64,000 nucleotides of DNA, from positions 641,565 to 705,564 of the forward strand of contig CAVUTE010000004.1 of assembly GCA_963744355.1 (NCBI GenBank). The letters run 5' to 3'. Positions 26,313 to 35,741 of this stretch are shown here, piece by piece. This DNA is from an uncultured Actinomycetes bacterium. GTDB taxonomy: Bacteria > Actinomycetota > Thermoleophilia > Gaiellales > Gaiellaceae. How positions within the stretch are numbered: position 1 is the stretch's first letter; each line of letters starts with the position of its first letter. A program made the translations under genes and the position numbers. Below the pieces are notes generated by a model. That model worked only from the letters and a program-made list of their open reading frames with translations. It did not search any database and had not been told where the DNA came from.

Positions 26313-27518
26313 CTAGGGTAGCTCGCCTCCGAGCACGACCCGGGCGACGACCTCGCCGCCGAGGTGGTAGGCGAGGTAGCGCCAGTCGGGCGCGTCGAGC
26401 AGGACGAGGTCGGCGCGATAGCCCGGCGCGATCCTGCCGAGGCGGTCGCCGCGCCCGAGGACGTGGGCCGCGTTCACGGTGCACGCGGACAGCGCCTCCG
26501 CCGGTGAGAGCTTCAACTGCGTGGCGGCGAGCGAGCAGCTGAGCGGCAGGCTCTCGCAGAACGCGCTGCCCGGATTGAAGTCGGTCGCGAGCGCAACCGC
26601 GGCGCCGGCGTCGACGAGTGCGCGCGCCGGCGGCATCGGCCGCCCGAGGAAGAGCGCGCTCGCCGGGAGGACCACGCCGGTCACGTTGCTGGCGGCGAGT
26701 GCCCGAATGCCCTCGTCGCCGGTCGCCTCGAGGTGGTCGACCGAGCGCGCGCCGAGCTCGATCGCGAGCGGAATCGCGCCCTGCTCGGTGAACTGGTCGC
26801 CGTGCAGCCGAAGCGCGAGGCCGGCGTCACGGCACGCCACGAGGTAGCGCCGCGCCTGTGCCGCGTCGAATGCGCCGCGCTCGAGGAAGACGTCGGCCGC
26901 CTCGGCGATCTTCGCCGCTTCTGGAAGCACTTCCGCCAGCGCGAAGTCGAGATACGCGTCCGCGTCGTCGAACTCGGGCGGCACCGCGTGCGCGCCAAGC
27001 CAGGTGGGGATTCCGCCCGCGTCTCGAATGGCGCGCAGCGACGCGAGCTCCGTGTCGTGGTCGAGGCCATAGCCGGACTTCGATTCGAACGTCGTGGTGC
27101 CATGACGCCGCATCCAGTCCCGGTGGAGGGAGACCGCATCGCGCAGGCCGTCCTCGCCGGCAGCGCGCGTGGCGCGAACGGTGGAGAGAATGCCGCCGCC
27201 GACCGCGTGCAGATCCTCGTACGTCGCGCCGCCGGCGCGCAACGAGAACTCCTCCACGCGGTCACCGCCGAACGCCGCGTGCGTGTGGCAGTCGACGAGG
27301 CCCGGGATCGCGCAGCACCCGTCGCCGTAGACCTCGTCGACGTCGCCGTCGAGCGATGGGAGATCGCGCATGCGGCCGACCGCCTCGATCGTGTCGCCGT
27401 CGCAGAGCACGTACGCGTCTTCGAGCACGTCCACCTCGCCGAGGTGTGCGCCGCGCAGCGGCGCCTTGCGGCCGGCCGGCGTGGCCACCTGCGCGAGGTC
27501 GCGGATGAGGAGGCGCAC
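26313..27518 (-). CDS. hutI: imidazolonepropionase
   Basis: 401 aa. PGLVDCHTHAAFGG, TTFESKSGYGL, HGDQF, DHLE, ATDFNPGS. Confidence 0.9.
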   Translation of the reverse strand: MRLLIRDLAQVATPAGRKAPLRGAHLGEVDVLEDAYVLCDGDTIEAVGRMRDLPSLDGDVDEVYGDGCCAIPGLVDCHTHAAFGGDRVEEFSLRAGGATYEDLHAVGGGILSTVRATRAAGEDGLRDAVSLHRDWMRRHGTTTFESKSGYGLDHDTELASLRAIRDAGGIPTWLGAHAVPPEFDDADAYLDFALAEVLPEAAKIAEAADVFLERGAFDAAQARRYLVACRDAGLALRLHGDQFTEQGAIPLAIELGARSVDHLEATGDEGIRALAASNVTGVVLPASALFLGRPMPPARALVDAGAAVALATDFNPGSAFCESLPLSCSLAATQLKLSPAEALSACTVNAAHVLGRGDRLGRIAPGYRADLVLLDAPDWRYLAYHLGGEVVARVVLGGELP

Positions 27519-27527
27519 GCGGTGAGT

Positions 27528-27812
27528 CTACGAGCCTCCCGAGGAGGCGATCGGGGCGGACGGTGTAGGTGTGACGGTTATCGGTGTGACCGTGACCGGC
27601 GTGACCGTCGTCGTCACCGGCGTCGTCGCGGCTGTCGTTGTCGCTCGGACGTGTTTCTTGGTCGTCGTCGCGGTGGTCGTCGAGTAGGCCTTCTGCGTCG
27701 CGCTGGCTGCGAGCCCGGCGAAGAGACCGCACGCTGCGAGAGCGGCACCCGCAACAGCGGCGGTGATTCGGCGGACGCGAGTCATGTTCCGGTCGCGGCT
27801 CTTCGGGGTCAT
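27528..27812 (-). CDS. small Thr/Pro/Val-rich putative lipoprotein
   Basis: 94 aa from ATG 27812, which overlaps the ferredoxin stop (ATGA). RVRRITAAVAGAALAAC has an RR and an LAAC lipobox. Then TTTATTT...VTPVTVTPITVTPTP...IASSGGS. Confidence 0.5.
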   Translation of the reverse strand: MTPKSRDRNMTRVRRITAAVAGAALAACGLFAGLAASATQKAYSTTTATTTKKHVRATTTAATTPVTTTVTPVTVTPITVTPTPSAPIASSGGS

Positions 27813-28009
27813 CGCGCACTCTTCTCGAGTGAGAGCGCAAGGCGAGGACACATCTTCACGGCCCGCTCCGCGGCGGACTCGAGTGCTCGGGCGACGGGCT
27901 CGCGCGGCATGATCGGGTAACCCCATTCGTCGAGCTCGACGAGCTCGGGCAGGAGCTCCGCACAGTGGCCGTAGCCGTCGCAGAGGATCGGGTTCACGCG
28001 GAGTTTCAT
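27809..28009 (-). CDS. single-cluster ferredoxin (3-Cys, 3Fe-4S type)
   Basis: 66 aa. MKLRVNPILCDGYGHCAELLPE...KMCPRLA. GGAG lies 7 nt upstream of ATG 28009. Confidence 0.75.
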   Translation of the reverse strand: MKLRVNPILCDGYGHCAELLPELVELDEWGYPIMPREPVARALESAAERAVKMCPRLALSLEKSAR

Positions 28010-28011
28010 GC

Positions 28012-29196
28012 TCATCTCCATTCGCGGGAGGCTCCCAGTGGGAGCACTGGCGTCTGCGCCGGCCCACTGCAGCGGCCGGCATGGTGGCGGGCGATCTCGT
28101 CCGCAAAGACGTCGACGGCGCTCGAGACGAAACGCGTCGCGCCGGTCGGATGCGCGCACGCGCCGCGGCCGGAGACCTGCGGCGCCAGCCGGCGGAGCCG
28201 GTCGACGTCGAGCGTCTCGAGCGCATCGGCCATCGCGGCGAGACCGAAGACACACGGCCCGCACTGGCCTGCGCTCTCGTCGGCGAGGTAGCGCGCCACC
28301 CGGGCGGACTCGGCGAGCCCGCACGCGTCCGGCGGGAGGACGACGATCGATCGGGCACCGAGCGACGCGCCGAAGGGCTTCAGCGCGGCATCGGAGAGCG
28401 GAAGGTCGAGTGCGTCGTGCGCATGCACCCAGGTGCCGAAGTAGCCGCCGACGAGAATTGCGCGCGGCAGGGCGCTGAGGCCGCCGAACCGTTGCAGGAC
28501 GTCGCGCATCGGCGTGCCGAGCTCGACCTCCGCCACGCCGGGCCGCCGCACGGCGCCGAGGACGGTGACGAGAACGGTGCCCGGTTCGTCCGCCGTCCCG
28601 CGCTCGCGGAACCAGCCGGCGCCGTAGCGTGCGATGAGGCCGAGGTTCGCGAGGGTCTCGATGTTCTGGACGAGCACGCCTCGCTCGTACGGCTTCTGCA
28701 TCGTTGGTTTCGCCGGGCCGCCGTTCAAGAGGTTGACGAGCGACGACTCCTCGCCGGCGACGAACCGGTCCGGCACCGTTTCGACAAAGCAGTCGAAGCC
28801 GTCGCTCCTTTGGGCGACTGCGCGTTCGAGGCGCTTCCGAACCGTGCGATTCTCACGGCCGACGGCGAAGATCAAGCGGCGTCCGCCGACGATGCGCGCG
28901 GCGACAACCGCGCCGTCGATGACGAGGTGGGGATTCTCGGCCAGCAGCACCTTGTCCTTCCAGCTCGCCGGCTCGCCCTCTGTTCCGTTCGCGACGACGA
29001 CCGGATTGCGCGTGCGCGCCAAGGACGCCAGCTTGAACGCGGTCGGAAACGCAGCTCCGCCGCGACCGGTGAGTCCGCTCGCCTCGATCTCGGCGAGCAG
29101 CTCTGCACGCCGTCGCCGCGGCAACGGCGTCTCGACCGGAGTGAGGAGGCGCGCAGAGACGTTTGCTCCCCGCTCGACAGCGACGGCGGCGCTCAC
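28012..29196 (-). CDS. NuoF (complex I 51-kDa)-like flavoprotein with Fe-S region
   Basis: ORF trimmed to GTG 29196, which overlaps the upstream stop. GRGGAAFPT, NGTEGEPASWKDKVLLAENPHLVIDG, AGEESSLVNLLNG, ESAGQCGPCVFG. Confidence 0.75.
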   Translation of the reverse strand: MSAAVAVERGANVSARLLTPVETPLPRRRRAELLAEIEASGLTGRGGAAFPTAFKLASLARTRNPVVVANGTEGEPASWKDKVLLAENPHLVIDGAVVAARIVGGRRLIFAVGRENRTVRKRLERAVAQRSDGFDCFVETVPDRFVAGEESSLVNLLNGGPAKPTMQKPYERGVLVQNIETLANLGLIARYGAGWFRERGTADEPGTVLVTVLGAVRRPGVAEVELGTPMRDVLQRFGGLSALPRAILVGGYFGTWVHAHDALDLPLSDAALKPFGASLGARSIVVLPPDACGLAESARVARYLADESAGQCGPCVFGLAAMADALETLDVDRLRRLAPQVSGRGACAHPTGATRFVSSAVDVFADEIARHHAGRCSGPAQTPVLPLGASREWR

Positions 29197-29759
29197 GACG
29201 CCGTCCCGAGGTACTTCGGATACGGATTCCGGATCGCGAGCAACCGCCAAGCGAGCGCGGCCGCGATGAGGCCGGCGCAGGCGATGCCCGTGTCGAGGAA
29301 CCATCCGGCCGCCTTGTCGGTGCCGATGCCGACGCTGTGTGCGAAGGCGAGCGGCCACGATGCGTAAGCGAGCCAGTGCACGCTCTTCCAGACGCGCTGG
29401 CTCATGCGGTGGCGAAGCAGGCTCGTCACGATTACTGCCGCGACCAAGTCGAGCGAGAGCGCGCCCATCCCGAGCCAGAGCCCGTACTTCGCGCTCGGCA
29501 GCGGGAGAAGCGCCTGAGCGAGGCTGACCTTCGCGTACGAGTCCGCCAACGCGGTCACGATGTGGATGCCGAGGAACACCACCGCGAGCAGCGAGACGCT
29601 GCGATGGACGCCGAGCGTCACGAAGCGGGGCAGGCGGGCGGTGCGAAACCTGCGCGTCGTGGCGATGCCGAGGACGACGACGACGGTGAAGAGGATCAGC
29701 GTGACGACGCCGCTCCCGCGCATGAGGTACCAGATGATCGGATTGTTCAGGCTGCGCAT
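29193..29759 (-). CDS. ferric-reductase-like/MsrQ-like di-haem transmembrane protein
   Basis: 188 aa from ATG 29759. About five TM helices. Two His pairs within helices (HRSVSLLAVVFLGIH and HWLAYASWPLAFAH). Confidence 0.65.
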   Translation of the reverse strand: MRSLNNPIIWYLMRGSGVVTLILFTVVVVLGIATTRRFRTARLPRFVTLGVHRSVSLLAVVFLGIHIVTALADSYAKVSLAQALLPLPSAKYGLWLGMGALSLDLVAAVIVTSLLRHRMSQRVWKSVHWLAYASWPLAFAHSVGIGTDKAAGWFLDTGIACAGLIAAALAWRLLAIRNPYPKYLGTAS

Positions 29760-30706
29760 GGGAGTTCTTCCTGTGCGGGCCAGCCGCCGGTCACGACGAC
29801 GCTGCCGTCGGGACGAACGAGACGGGCGGCGAGCCCGGCGTTCTCCAGCCAGCGCTGCGCGTCGTCGCCGAGGACGATGGCCGCGGTCGACGCGGTGTTC
29901 GCGTCCACGCACGACGCTGCGGCAACGCTGACCGTGCGCCAGACCTCGACGGCCGGACGACCGCTGCGCGGGTCGAGCACGTGATGCGCAGTGCCCTCTG
30001 TCGTGCGCCAGCGGCGCACGGTCGTGCTCGACGTGGCGAGCCCGCCGGCGGCGATCGCCACCGTTTGACCGTCCGCGGGGGAGGGAGCGCGATGGTCGTC
30101 GGTGACGAGGATCGGCCAGCCGCCGGCGGGCGCCGGCCCTGCGACGGCGATATCGCCGCCGAGGTTCACGAGAACGGACGAGCCGGTCGCGCGGAACGCT
30201 GCTGCAGCAGCGCGGTCGGCGGCGAAGGCCTTCGCGGTCGCGCCGAGGTCGACGAGGACGCCTGCGGGGACGCGCACGCGTCCGTGCTCGTCGTCGATCT
30301 CGATGCGCTGCCAGCCGGCGGCCGGGACGAGCTCGATCCGCGCGGGCTCGCGCCGGGAGACGACGACGCGGAAGTCGGCGTCCCAGCCGAGGGCGTTCAT
30401 CGAGGCGCCCACTGTCGGGTCGACCGCACCGCCGGTGGCGGCCGCGGCGTGAACACCGGCGATGAGTGCCTGGCGCAACAGCCTGCTCGCGGTCATCCAC
30501 CGGCCGCCGCTGCGCGCGAGACGCGAGACCTCGGAGTCGGCGCGGAAGCGACTGCAGGCTCGGTCGATCGCATCGAGCTCGCGCTCGAGCACGTCGATCG
30601 CAGAGGCGAGCGACAGTGCGTCAAGGGCCGTGATCTCCGCTGTGGTGCCGAGCGCTGAAAAGGAGGCGGTGGCGGGACTCATGCTGCGAGTTTCGCCATG
30701 CGGCAT
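29747..30706 (-). CDS. apbE: ApbE-family FAD:protein FMN transferase (no signal peptide seen)
   Basis: 319 aa (alternative ATG 30682). FSALGTTAEI, VDPTVG, VDLGATAKAF, VNLGGDIAV, GLATSSTTVRRW, HHVLDPRSG. Confidence 0.8.
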   Translation of the reverse strand: MPHGETRSMSPATASFSALGTTAEITALDALSLASAIDVLERELDAIDRACSRFRADSEVSRLARSGGRWMTASRLLRQALIAGVHAAAATGGAVDPTVGASMNALGWDADFRVVVSRREPARIELVPAAGWQRIEIDDEHGRVRVPAGVLVDLGATAKAFAADRAAAAAFRATGSSVLVNLGGDIAVAGPAPAGGWPILVTDDHRAPSPADGQTVAIAAGGLATSSTTVRRWRTTEGTAHHVLDPRSGRPAVEVWRTVSVAAASCVDANTASTAAIVLGDDAQRWLENAGLAARLVRPDGSVVVTGGWPAQEELPCAA

Positions 30707-30746
30707 GAGCCGCCTGTGAGCGCCACCTGTGAGTGTCCTGTGAGCT

Positions 30747-32441
30747 TTATGACCCCCGCATGGGGAGCCGCAGTCCGCCCTCGCGTACAGCCTCGATCGC
30801 GTCCGGGTAGCCGGCGTCGGCGTGGCGGAGCACTCCGGTGGCCGGATCGGTCGTGAGCACGCGCTGGAGCCGTTCTGCAGCGTCGTCGGTGCCGTCGGCG
30901 ACGACGACCATGCCCGCGTGGATCGCGTTGCCGATCCCGACGCCCCCGCCGTGATGCACGCTCACCCAGGTCGCGCCGGCGGCGACGTTGACGAGCGCGT
31001 TGAGGATCGGCCAGTCGGCGATCGCGTCCGAGCCGTCCCTCATCGACTCGGTCTCTCGGTAGGGCGAGGCGACGGACCCCGCGTCGAGGTGGTCGCGCCC
31101 GATGACGACGGGCGCCTTCACCGCGCCGCTTCGCACGAGCTCGTTGATCGCGAGCCCCGCCTTCGCGCGGTCGCCGTAGCCGAGCCAGCAGATGCGGGCC
31201 GGCAGTCCCTGGAACGCGACGCGACCCGGCGCGAGCTCGAGCCACCGCTGGAGGAGCGCGTCGTCCGGGAACAGCGCCTGCAGCTCCGCGTCGATGGCCG
31301 CGATGTCGGCCGGATCCCCGGACAGCACTGCCCAACGAAACGGCCCGATCCCGCGACAGAACAGCGGCCGGATATAGGCCGGGACGAAGCCCGGGTATGA
31401 GAAGGCCTCCGCTACGCCCGCTTCACGGGCCTCACCTCGCAAGTTGTTGCCATAGTCGAAAACAGACGCGCCGCGGCGGACGTACTCGAGCATGCCTTCG
31501 ACGTGTGCGGCGATCGACGCGCGCACAAGCCGCAGGTACTCATCCGGATCGGACGTGCGCAACGTGTCCGCCTCGTCGACGGAATAGCCGCTCGGCACGT
31601 ATCCGTTCAGCGGGTCGTGCGCGGCCGTCTGGTCGGTGACGAGGTCGAAGTGCTCGCCGCGCGCCGCAAGAAGCGGGACAACGTCCGCGGCGTTCCCCAG
31701 CAGCCCGACGGACAGAGCACGCTTCTCGGCCGCGGCCGCGCGTATGCGTGCGAGCGCGTCGTCTATCGAGTCCGTTGCCTCGTCGAGGTACCGCGTCTCG
31801 AGCCGGCGCTCGATGCGGTGCGGGTCGACCTCGATGCAGAGGATCGCCGCCCCCGCCATCGTTCCGGCGAGCGGCTGCGCGCCGCCCATGCCGCCGAGTC
31901 CCGCCGTCAGGATCGTGCGTCCGCGGAGGTGCGGCTCGCCGAAGTGCTTTTCGCCGGCGGCGGCGAACGTCTGGTACGTGCCTTGCAGGATTCCCTGCGT
32001 GCCGATGTAGATCCACGACCCCGCCGTCATCTGCCCGAACATCGTCAGGCCGAGCGCCTCGAGGCGGCGGAACTCGTCCCACGTCGCCCACCGCGGAACG
32101 AGGAGTGAGTTGGCGATGAGGACACGCGGCGCACCCTCGTGCGTCGCGAGCACGCCGACCGGCTTCCCCGACTGCACGAGCAGGGTCTCGTCCGGCCCGA
32201 GCTCGAGCAGCGTGGCGACGATCGCGCGCAGCGCTTCGTGGTTGCGCGCAGCCTTGCCCGAGCCGCCGTAGACGATGAGCTCCTCCGGCTTCTCGGCCAC
32301 CTCGGCGTCGAGGTTGTTCAGGAGCATGCGCAGCGGGGCCTCGGTCGACCACTGCCGCGCGTTGAGCGTCGTGCCCCGCGGTGCGCGGATGCGAGCGAGG
32401 TCGCCGCACAGCTCTTCGACGCGTGACGTGGTGACGCTCAC
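30747..32441 (-). CDS. hutU: urocanate hydratase
   Basis: ORF 30747..33695 trimmed to GTG 32441, which overlaps the hutH stop. [62 protein letters not shown]. Confidence 0.95.
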   Translation of the reverse strand: MSVTTSRVEELCGDLARIRAPRGTTLNARQWSTEAPLRMLLNNLDAEVAEKPEELIVYGGSGKAARNHEALRAIVATLLELGPDETLLVQSGKPVGVLATHEGAPRVLIANSLLVPRWATWDEFRRLEALGLTMFGQMTAGSWIYIGTQGILQGTYQTFAAAGEKHFGEPHLRGRTILTAGLGGMGGAQPLAGTMAGAAILCIEVDPHRIERRLETRYLDEATDSIDDALARIRAAAAEKRALSVGLLGNAADVVPLLAARGEHFDLVTDQTAAHDPLNGYVPSGYSVDEADTLRTSDPDEYLRLVRASIAAHVEGMLEYVRRGASVFDYGNNLRGEAREAGVAEAFSYPGFVPAYIRPLFCRGIGPFRWAVLSGDPADIAAIDAELQALFPDDALLQRWLELAPGRVAFQGLPARICWLGYGDRAKAGLAINELVRSGAVKAPVVIGRDHLDAGSVASPYRETESMRDGSDAIADWPILNALVNVAAGATWVSVHHGGGVGIGNAIHAGMVVVADGTDDAAERLQRVLTTDPATGVLRHADAGYPDAIEAVREGGLRLPMRGS

Positions 32442-33952
32442 GCGACGGCTTTCTCGAGCGACCCGTCCCGGATCGCCGACGCCATCGCTTCGATGTCGGG
32501 CGCGAGGGAGCGGTCGTCCTTCAGCCGCGGCGAGCGCTCCCGGACGAATGCGCGAGCCGCGCGTACGCCGACCCCGGGCTCGAGCGGCGCGAGGAACTCG
32601 ACCCCTTGTGCGCCGGCGAGCAGCTCGATCGCAAGCACGTTCTCGCAGTTCGCGAGCACCTGCCAGGCCTTCAGGCCCGCGGCGTTTCCCATGGACACGT
32701 GATCCTCTTGCCCGGCGCTCGTCGGGATCGAATCCACCGACGCCGGATGCGCGAGCACCTTGTTCTCGGAGACCAGCGACGCGGCCACGTACTGGGGAAT
32801 CATGAACCCGCTGTTCAACCCTCCGTCGCTCGTCAGGAACGCGGGCAGGCCGTCCGACAGGTTGGGGTTGACGAGCCGCTCGACGCGGCGCTCGGAGATG
32901 GACGCGAGCTCGGCAACCGCCATCGCCATCACGTCGAGCGCGAACGCGACCGGCTGTCCATGGAAGTTGCCGTTCGAAACCAGCGCGTCCTCCCCGACGA
33001 GCACGAGAGGATTGTCCGTGGCAGCGTTCAGCTCGACCGAGATGGTGTAGTCGATGTAGTCCAGCAGGTCGCGCGACGCCCCGTGCACCTGCGGCGCGCA
33101 GCGCAACGAGTACGCGTCCTGCACCTTGTCGCACCAGCGGTGCGATTCGAGGATGGCCGACCCGTCGAGCAGCTGCAGCACGTGCGCCGCCGACGCCGTT
33201 TGGCCTCGAAGCGGGCGCAGCGCATGGATCTCCGGGATGAACGACGTCCGTGATCCCTGCAGCGCCTCGAGCGACTGCGCACAGGCGACGTCGGCGGCGT
33301 GCGCGAGCCTGCGCGCGCGCACAAGCCCGAGGGCGGTGAACGCGGCCATGAACTGCGTGCCGTTGATGAGGGAGAGACCTTCCTTCGCAGCGAGCCGGAC
33401 GGGCTCGAGACCGGCACGTGTCAGGGCCTCGAGGCCGGGCATGCGCTCGCCCCCGAGAAACGCCTCGCCCTCGCCGACGAGCGGAAGCGCGAGATGCGCG
33501 AGCGGTGCGAGGTCGCCGGACGCCCCCACACTCCCCCGCGCCGGAACGACAGGGACGATGCCGCGGTCGAGGCACGCGAGCAGGAGCTCGACGGTCACGA
33601 CGTGCGCGCCGGAGTTCCCCTTCGCGAGCGTGTTCGCGCGCAGGAGCATCGCGGCGCGGACGATCTCGTCCGGATACGGCTCGCCGACGCCGCATGCGTG
33701 CGAGCGCAGCAGGCGCAGCTGCAGCTCCTCGGTCAGCTCCTCAGGAATCGACTGCGAGACGAAGCGGCCGAAGCCGGTGTTGACGCCGTACGTGTGCTCG
33801 TGCGTGCCGTGCGCCGCACGTTCGACGACGTCGCGCGCGGCGCGCATTTTCTTGCGCGCGGCGTCGGTCAGCTCGGTCGGCCGTCGTTCGACGGCGACGG
33901 ACCAGACGTCGGCGACGGTCAGGTCGTCGCCGGTAAGGGCGACCGGAGGCAC
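32438..33952 (-). CDS. hutH: histidine ammonia-lyase
   Basis: 504 aa. YGVNTGFG and the MIO-forming [17 protein letters not shown] start at 33952. Confidence 0.95.
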   Translation of the reverse strand: MPPVALTGDDLTVADVWSVAVERRPTELTDAARKKMRAARDVVERAAHGTHEHTYGVNTGFGRFVSQSIPEELTEELQLRLLRSHACGVGEPYPDEIVRAAMLLRANTLAKGNSGAHVVTVELLLACLDRGIVPVVPARGSVGASGDLAPLAHLALPLVGEGEAFLGGERMPGLEALTRAGLEPVRLAAKEGLSLINGTQFMAAFTALGLVRARRLAHAADVACAQSLEALQGSRTSFIPEIHALRPLRGQTASAAHVLQLLDGSAILESHRWCDKVQDAYSLRCAPQVHGASRDLLDYIDYTISVELNAATDNPLVLVGEDALVSNGNFHGQPVAFALDVMAMAVAELASISERRVERLVNPNLSDGLPAFLTSDGGLNSGFMIPQYVAASLVSENKVLAHPASVDSIPTSAGQEDHVSMGNAAGLKAWQVLANCENVLAIELLAGAQGVEFLAPLEPGVGVRAARAFVRERSPRLKDDRSLAPDIEAMASAIRDGSLEKAVA

Positions 33953-33958
33953 GGACGG

Positions 33959-33964
33959 ACTCTA
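33959..33964 (-). promoter_or_regulatory. -10-like hexamer TAGAGT, 6 nt upstream of the hutH GTG; contains the hisIE TAG stop; part of a GAATAGAGTCC element
   Basis: Minus strand reads GAATAGAGTCCGTCC-GTG. Same element as at 46760 and 47452. Confidence 0.45.
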
Positions 33965-34504
33965 TTCGGCGCGGCGCGCGAGCTCGTCCTCGACCTCTGA
34001 GAGGTCGACGTCCGTCGCGGCCAGCAGTACATAGAGATGGAACACGAGATCGGCCGCCTCGGCAACGATCGCGTCGCGGTCACCCGCGACCGCGGCGAGC
34101 CCGACCTCCACCCCCTCCTCGCCGACCTTCTGCGCGCAGCGGGCAACGCCCGCGTCGAGGAGCGAGACGACGTACGACCCTTCCGGGCGCTCCTTCTTCC
34201 GCTCCGAGATCGTCCGCCAGAGCGCGGGTGCGAAGCAGGAGCGCGAACCGGTGTGGCAGGCGGGGCCGTCGGGCCGCACGCGGACGACGAGCGCGTCGCC
34301 GTCACAGTCGTCGCGGATCTCCTCGACATGGAGCACGTTCCCCGACGTCTCGCCTTTGTGCCACAACTCTTCGCGCGAGCGGCTCCAGAACCACGCCTCA
34401 CCCGTCTCGCGCGTGAGCCGCTCCGCCTCCGCGTCCATCCACGCGAGCATGAGCACGCGGCCGTCGGATGCGTCTTGGACGATCGCGGCTTTCAGCGCAG
34501 GCAT
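33962..34504 (-). CDS. hisIE: bifunctional phosphoribosyl-AMP cyclohydrolase / phosphoribosyl-ATP pyrophosphatase
   Basis: 180 aa from ATG 34504. [39 protein letters not shown], then the HisE part YVVSLLDAG...KVGEEGVE. Confidence 0.9.
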   Translation of the reverse strand: MPALKAAIVQDASDGRVLMLAWMDAEAERLTRETGEAWFWSRSREELWHKGETSGNVLHVEEIRDDCDGDALVVRVRPDGPACHTGSRSCFAPALWRTISERKKERPEGSYVVSLLDAGVARCAQKVGEEGVEVGLAAVAGDRDAIVAEAADLVFHLYVLLAATDVDLSEVEDELARRAE

Positions 34505-35226
34505 ACGCCGAGCTCCTTCAGTTCCGTTCGTAGCGAAACGAGACGGTTGGGGTCCTCGTGCAGGATCGACGCGAGGAGCGCCGCCTGAGAAACACCGAGC
34601 GCGTCGGCGACGTGCCGCGCATTGCCGGCACCGCCGGATGCGATCACCGGCAGCGAGACGGCGTCGCGCAGCGCCGCGAGCTGCTCGAGGTCGTAGCCGT
34701 CCTGCGTTCCGTCGCGGTCGATCGACGTGACGAGAAGTTCGCCGGCGCCGCGCTGCTCGCACTCCTGTGCCCACTCGACGGTGTCGCGCGCGGCATCGCG
34801 CGTCGCGGCGTGCGAGCGCACGCGCCCTCCTTCCGTGTCGATGGCGACGACGACCGCCTGGCTCCCGAGCGCGCGCGCGAGCTCCTCGATCAGCTCCGGC
34901 CGCGCGAGCGCGGCCGAGTTCACGCTGATCTTGTCCGCCCCCGCCTCGAGGAGCGCGGTCGCGTCCGCGACGGAGCGAATGCCGCCGCCGAACGTGAAGG
35001 GAATGGTCACGTGCTCGGCGACGCGCGCCGCGACGCCTGCGGCAGCGACCGTCGACGTGATGGTGGCCGAGATGTCGAGGAACACGAGCTCATCCGCGCC
35101 GCCGTCGGAGTAGGCCGCACCGAGCTCGACGGGGTCGCCGACGTCGCGCAACTGCCGGAAGCGCACGCCCTTGACGACGCGCCCGCCCGCCACATCGAGG
35201 CATGGGATCAAACGCGGGAGAGGCAT
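34492..35226 (-). CDS. hisF: imidazole glycerol phosphate synthase, cyclase subunit
   Basis: 244 aa. [47 protein letters not shown]. Confidence 0.95.
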   Translation of the reverse strand: MPLPRLIPCLDVAGGRVVKGVRFRQLRDVGDPVELGAAYSDGGADELVFLDISATITSTVAAAGVAARVAEHVTIPFTFGGGIRSVADATALLEAGADKISVNSAALARPELIEELARALGSQAVVVAIDTEGGRVRSHAATRDAARDTVEWAQECEQRGAGELLVTSIDRDGTQDGYDLEQLAALRDAVSLPVIASGGAGNARHVADALGVSQAALLASILHEDPNRLVSLRTELKELGVCLR

Positions 35227-35741
35227 TGCTCCAGAAACCGTTGACCGGCGACACCGCTCTTCTCGGGATGGAATTGCACGCCGACGAAGGAGCCGTGCTC
35301 GACGATCGCGGCGTGCCCCTCACTCGTCGCCACCGTTGCGTCGGTCACGGCCTCGTACGAGTGCGCGAACCAGTACGCCTCGCCTCCGGGCTCGACCCTG
35401 GCCCAGCCGATGCGCGGCACGCGCTCCGCCTGGAGCCGTACTGCACGGCCCGGAACGATCCCGAGCCCGGCGACGCCGCCGTCCTCCTCGCTCTCGTCGA
35501 GCGCGAGCTGGAGGCCGAGGCAGATTCCGAGGATCGGCCGCCCCGCCGCTTGACGTGCACGCAAGACGTCGGCTGCCGGCCCGAGACCGTCCATGGCCGA
35601 CCGGGCTGAGCCGACGCCGGGAAGCACTGCCAGGTCTGCGCCCTCGAGGTCGTCGGTCATCTCCGCACCGAGGCGGCGGACGGCAAGCTCGACGGAGCGG
35701 ACGTTGCCGGCGCCGTAGTGTGCGATCGCGACCGTCTTCAC
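35208..35741 (-). CDS. hisH: imidazole glycerol phosphate synthase, glutaminase subunit
   Basis: 177 aa. LPGVGS, ILGICLGLQL, VQFHPEKS. Confidence 0.9.
   Translation of the reverse strand: MKTVAIAHYGAGNVRSVELAVRRLGAEMTDDLEGADLAVLPGVGSARSAMDGLGPAADVLRARQAAGRPILGICLGLQLALDESEEDGGVAGLGIVPGRAVRLQAERVPRIGWARVEPGGEAYWFAHSYEAVTDATVATSEGHAAIVEHGSFVGVQFHPEKSGVAGQRFLEQCLSRV

Noticed and set aside
27528-27545. C-terminal ...PIASSGGS of the Thr-rich lipoprotein as an ApbE flavinylation site
   Set aside because: It only loosely resembles the [S/T]GA[S/T] consensus (Gly instead of Ala, no upstream Asp). I mention it in the finding as the closest candidate but do not claim it.
32442-33695. N-terminal 418 aa of the 982-aa ORF containing hutU. 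The same applies to the upstream extensions of the ORFs containing hisD, hisG, hisCB, aspS, hisS, aroC, pepP, mltG and ruvX.
   Set aside because: The extensions overlap the well-supported upstream gene in another frame and are Arg/Gly/Pro-rich. In each case the family-conserved N-terminus begins at an internal GTG/ATG that overlaps the upstream stop.
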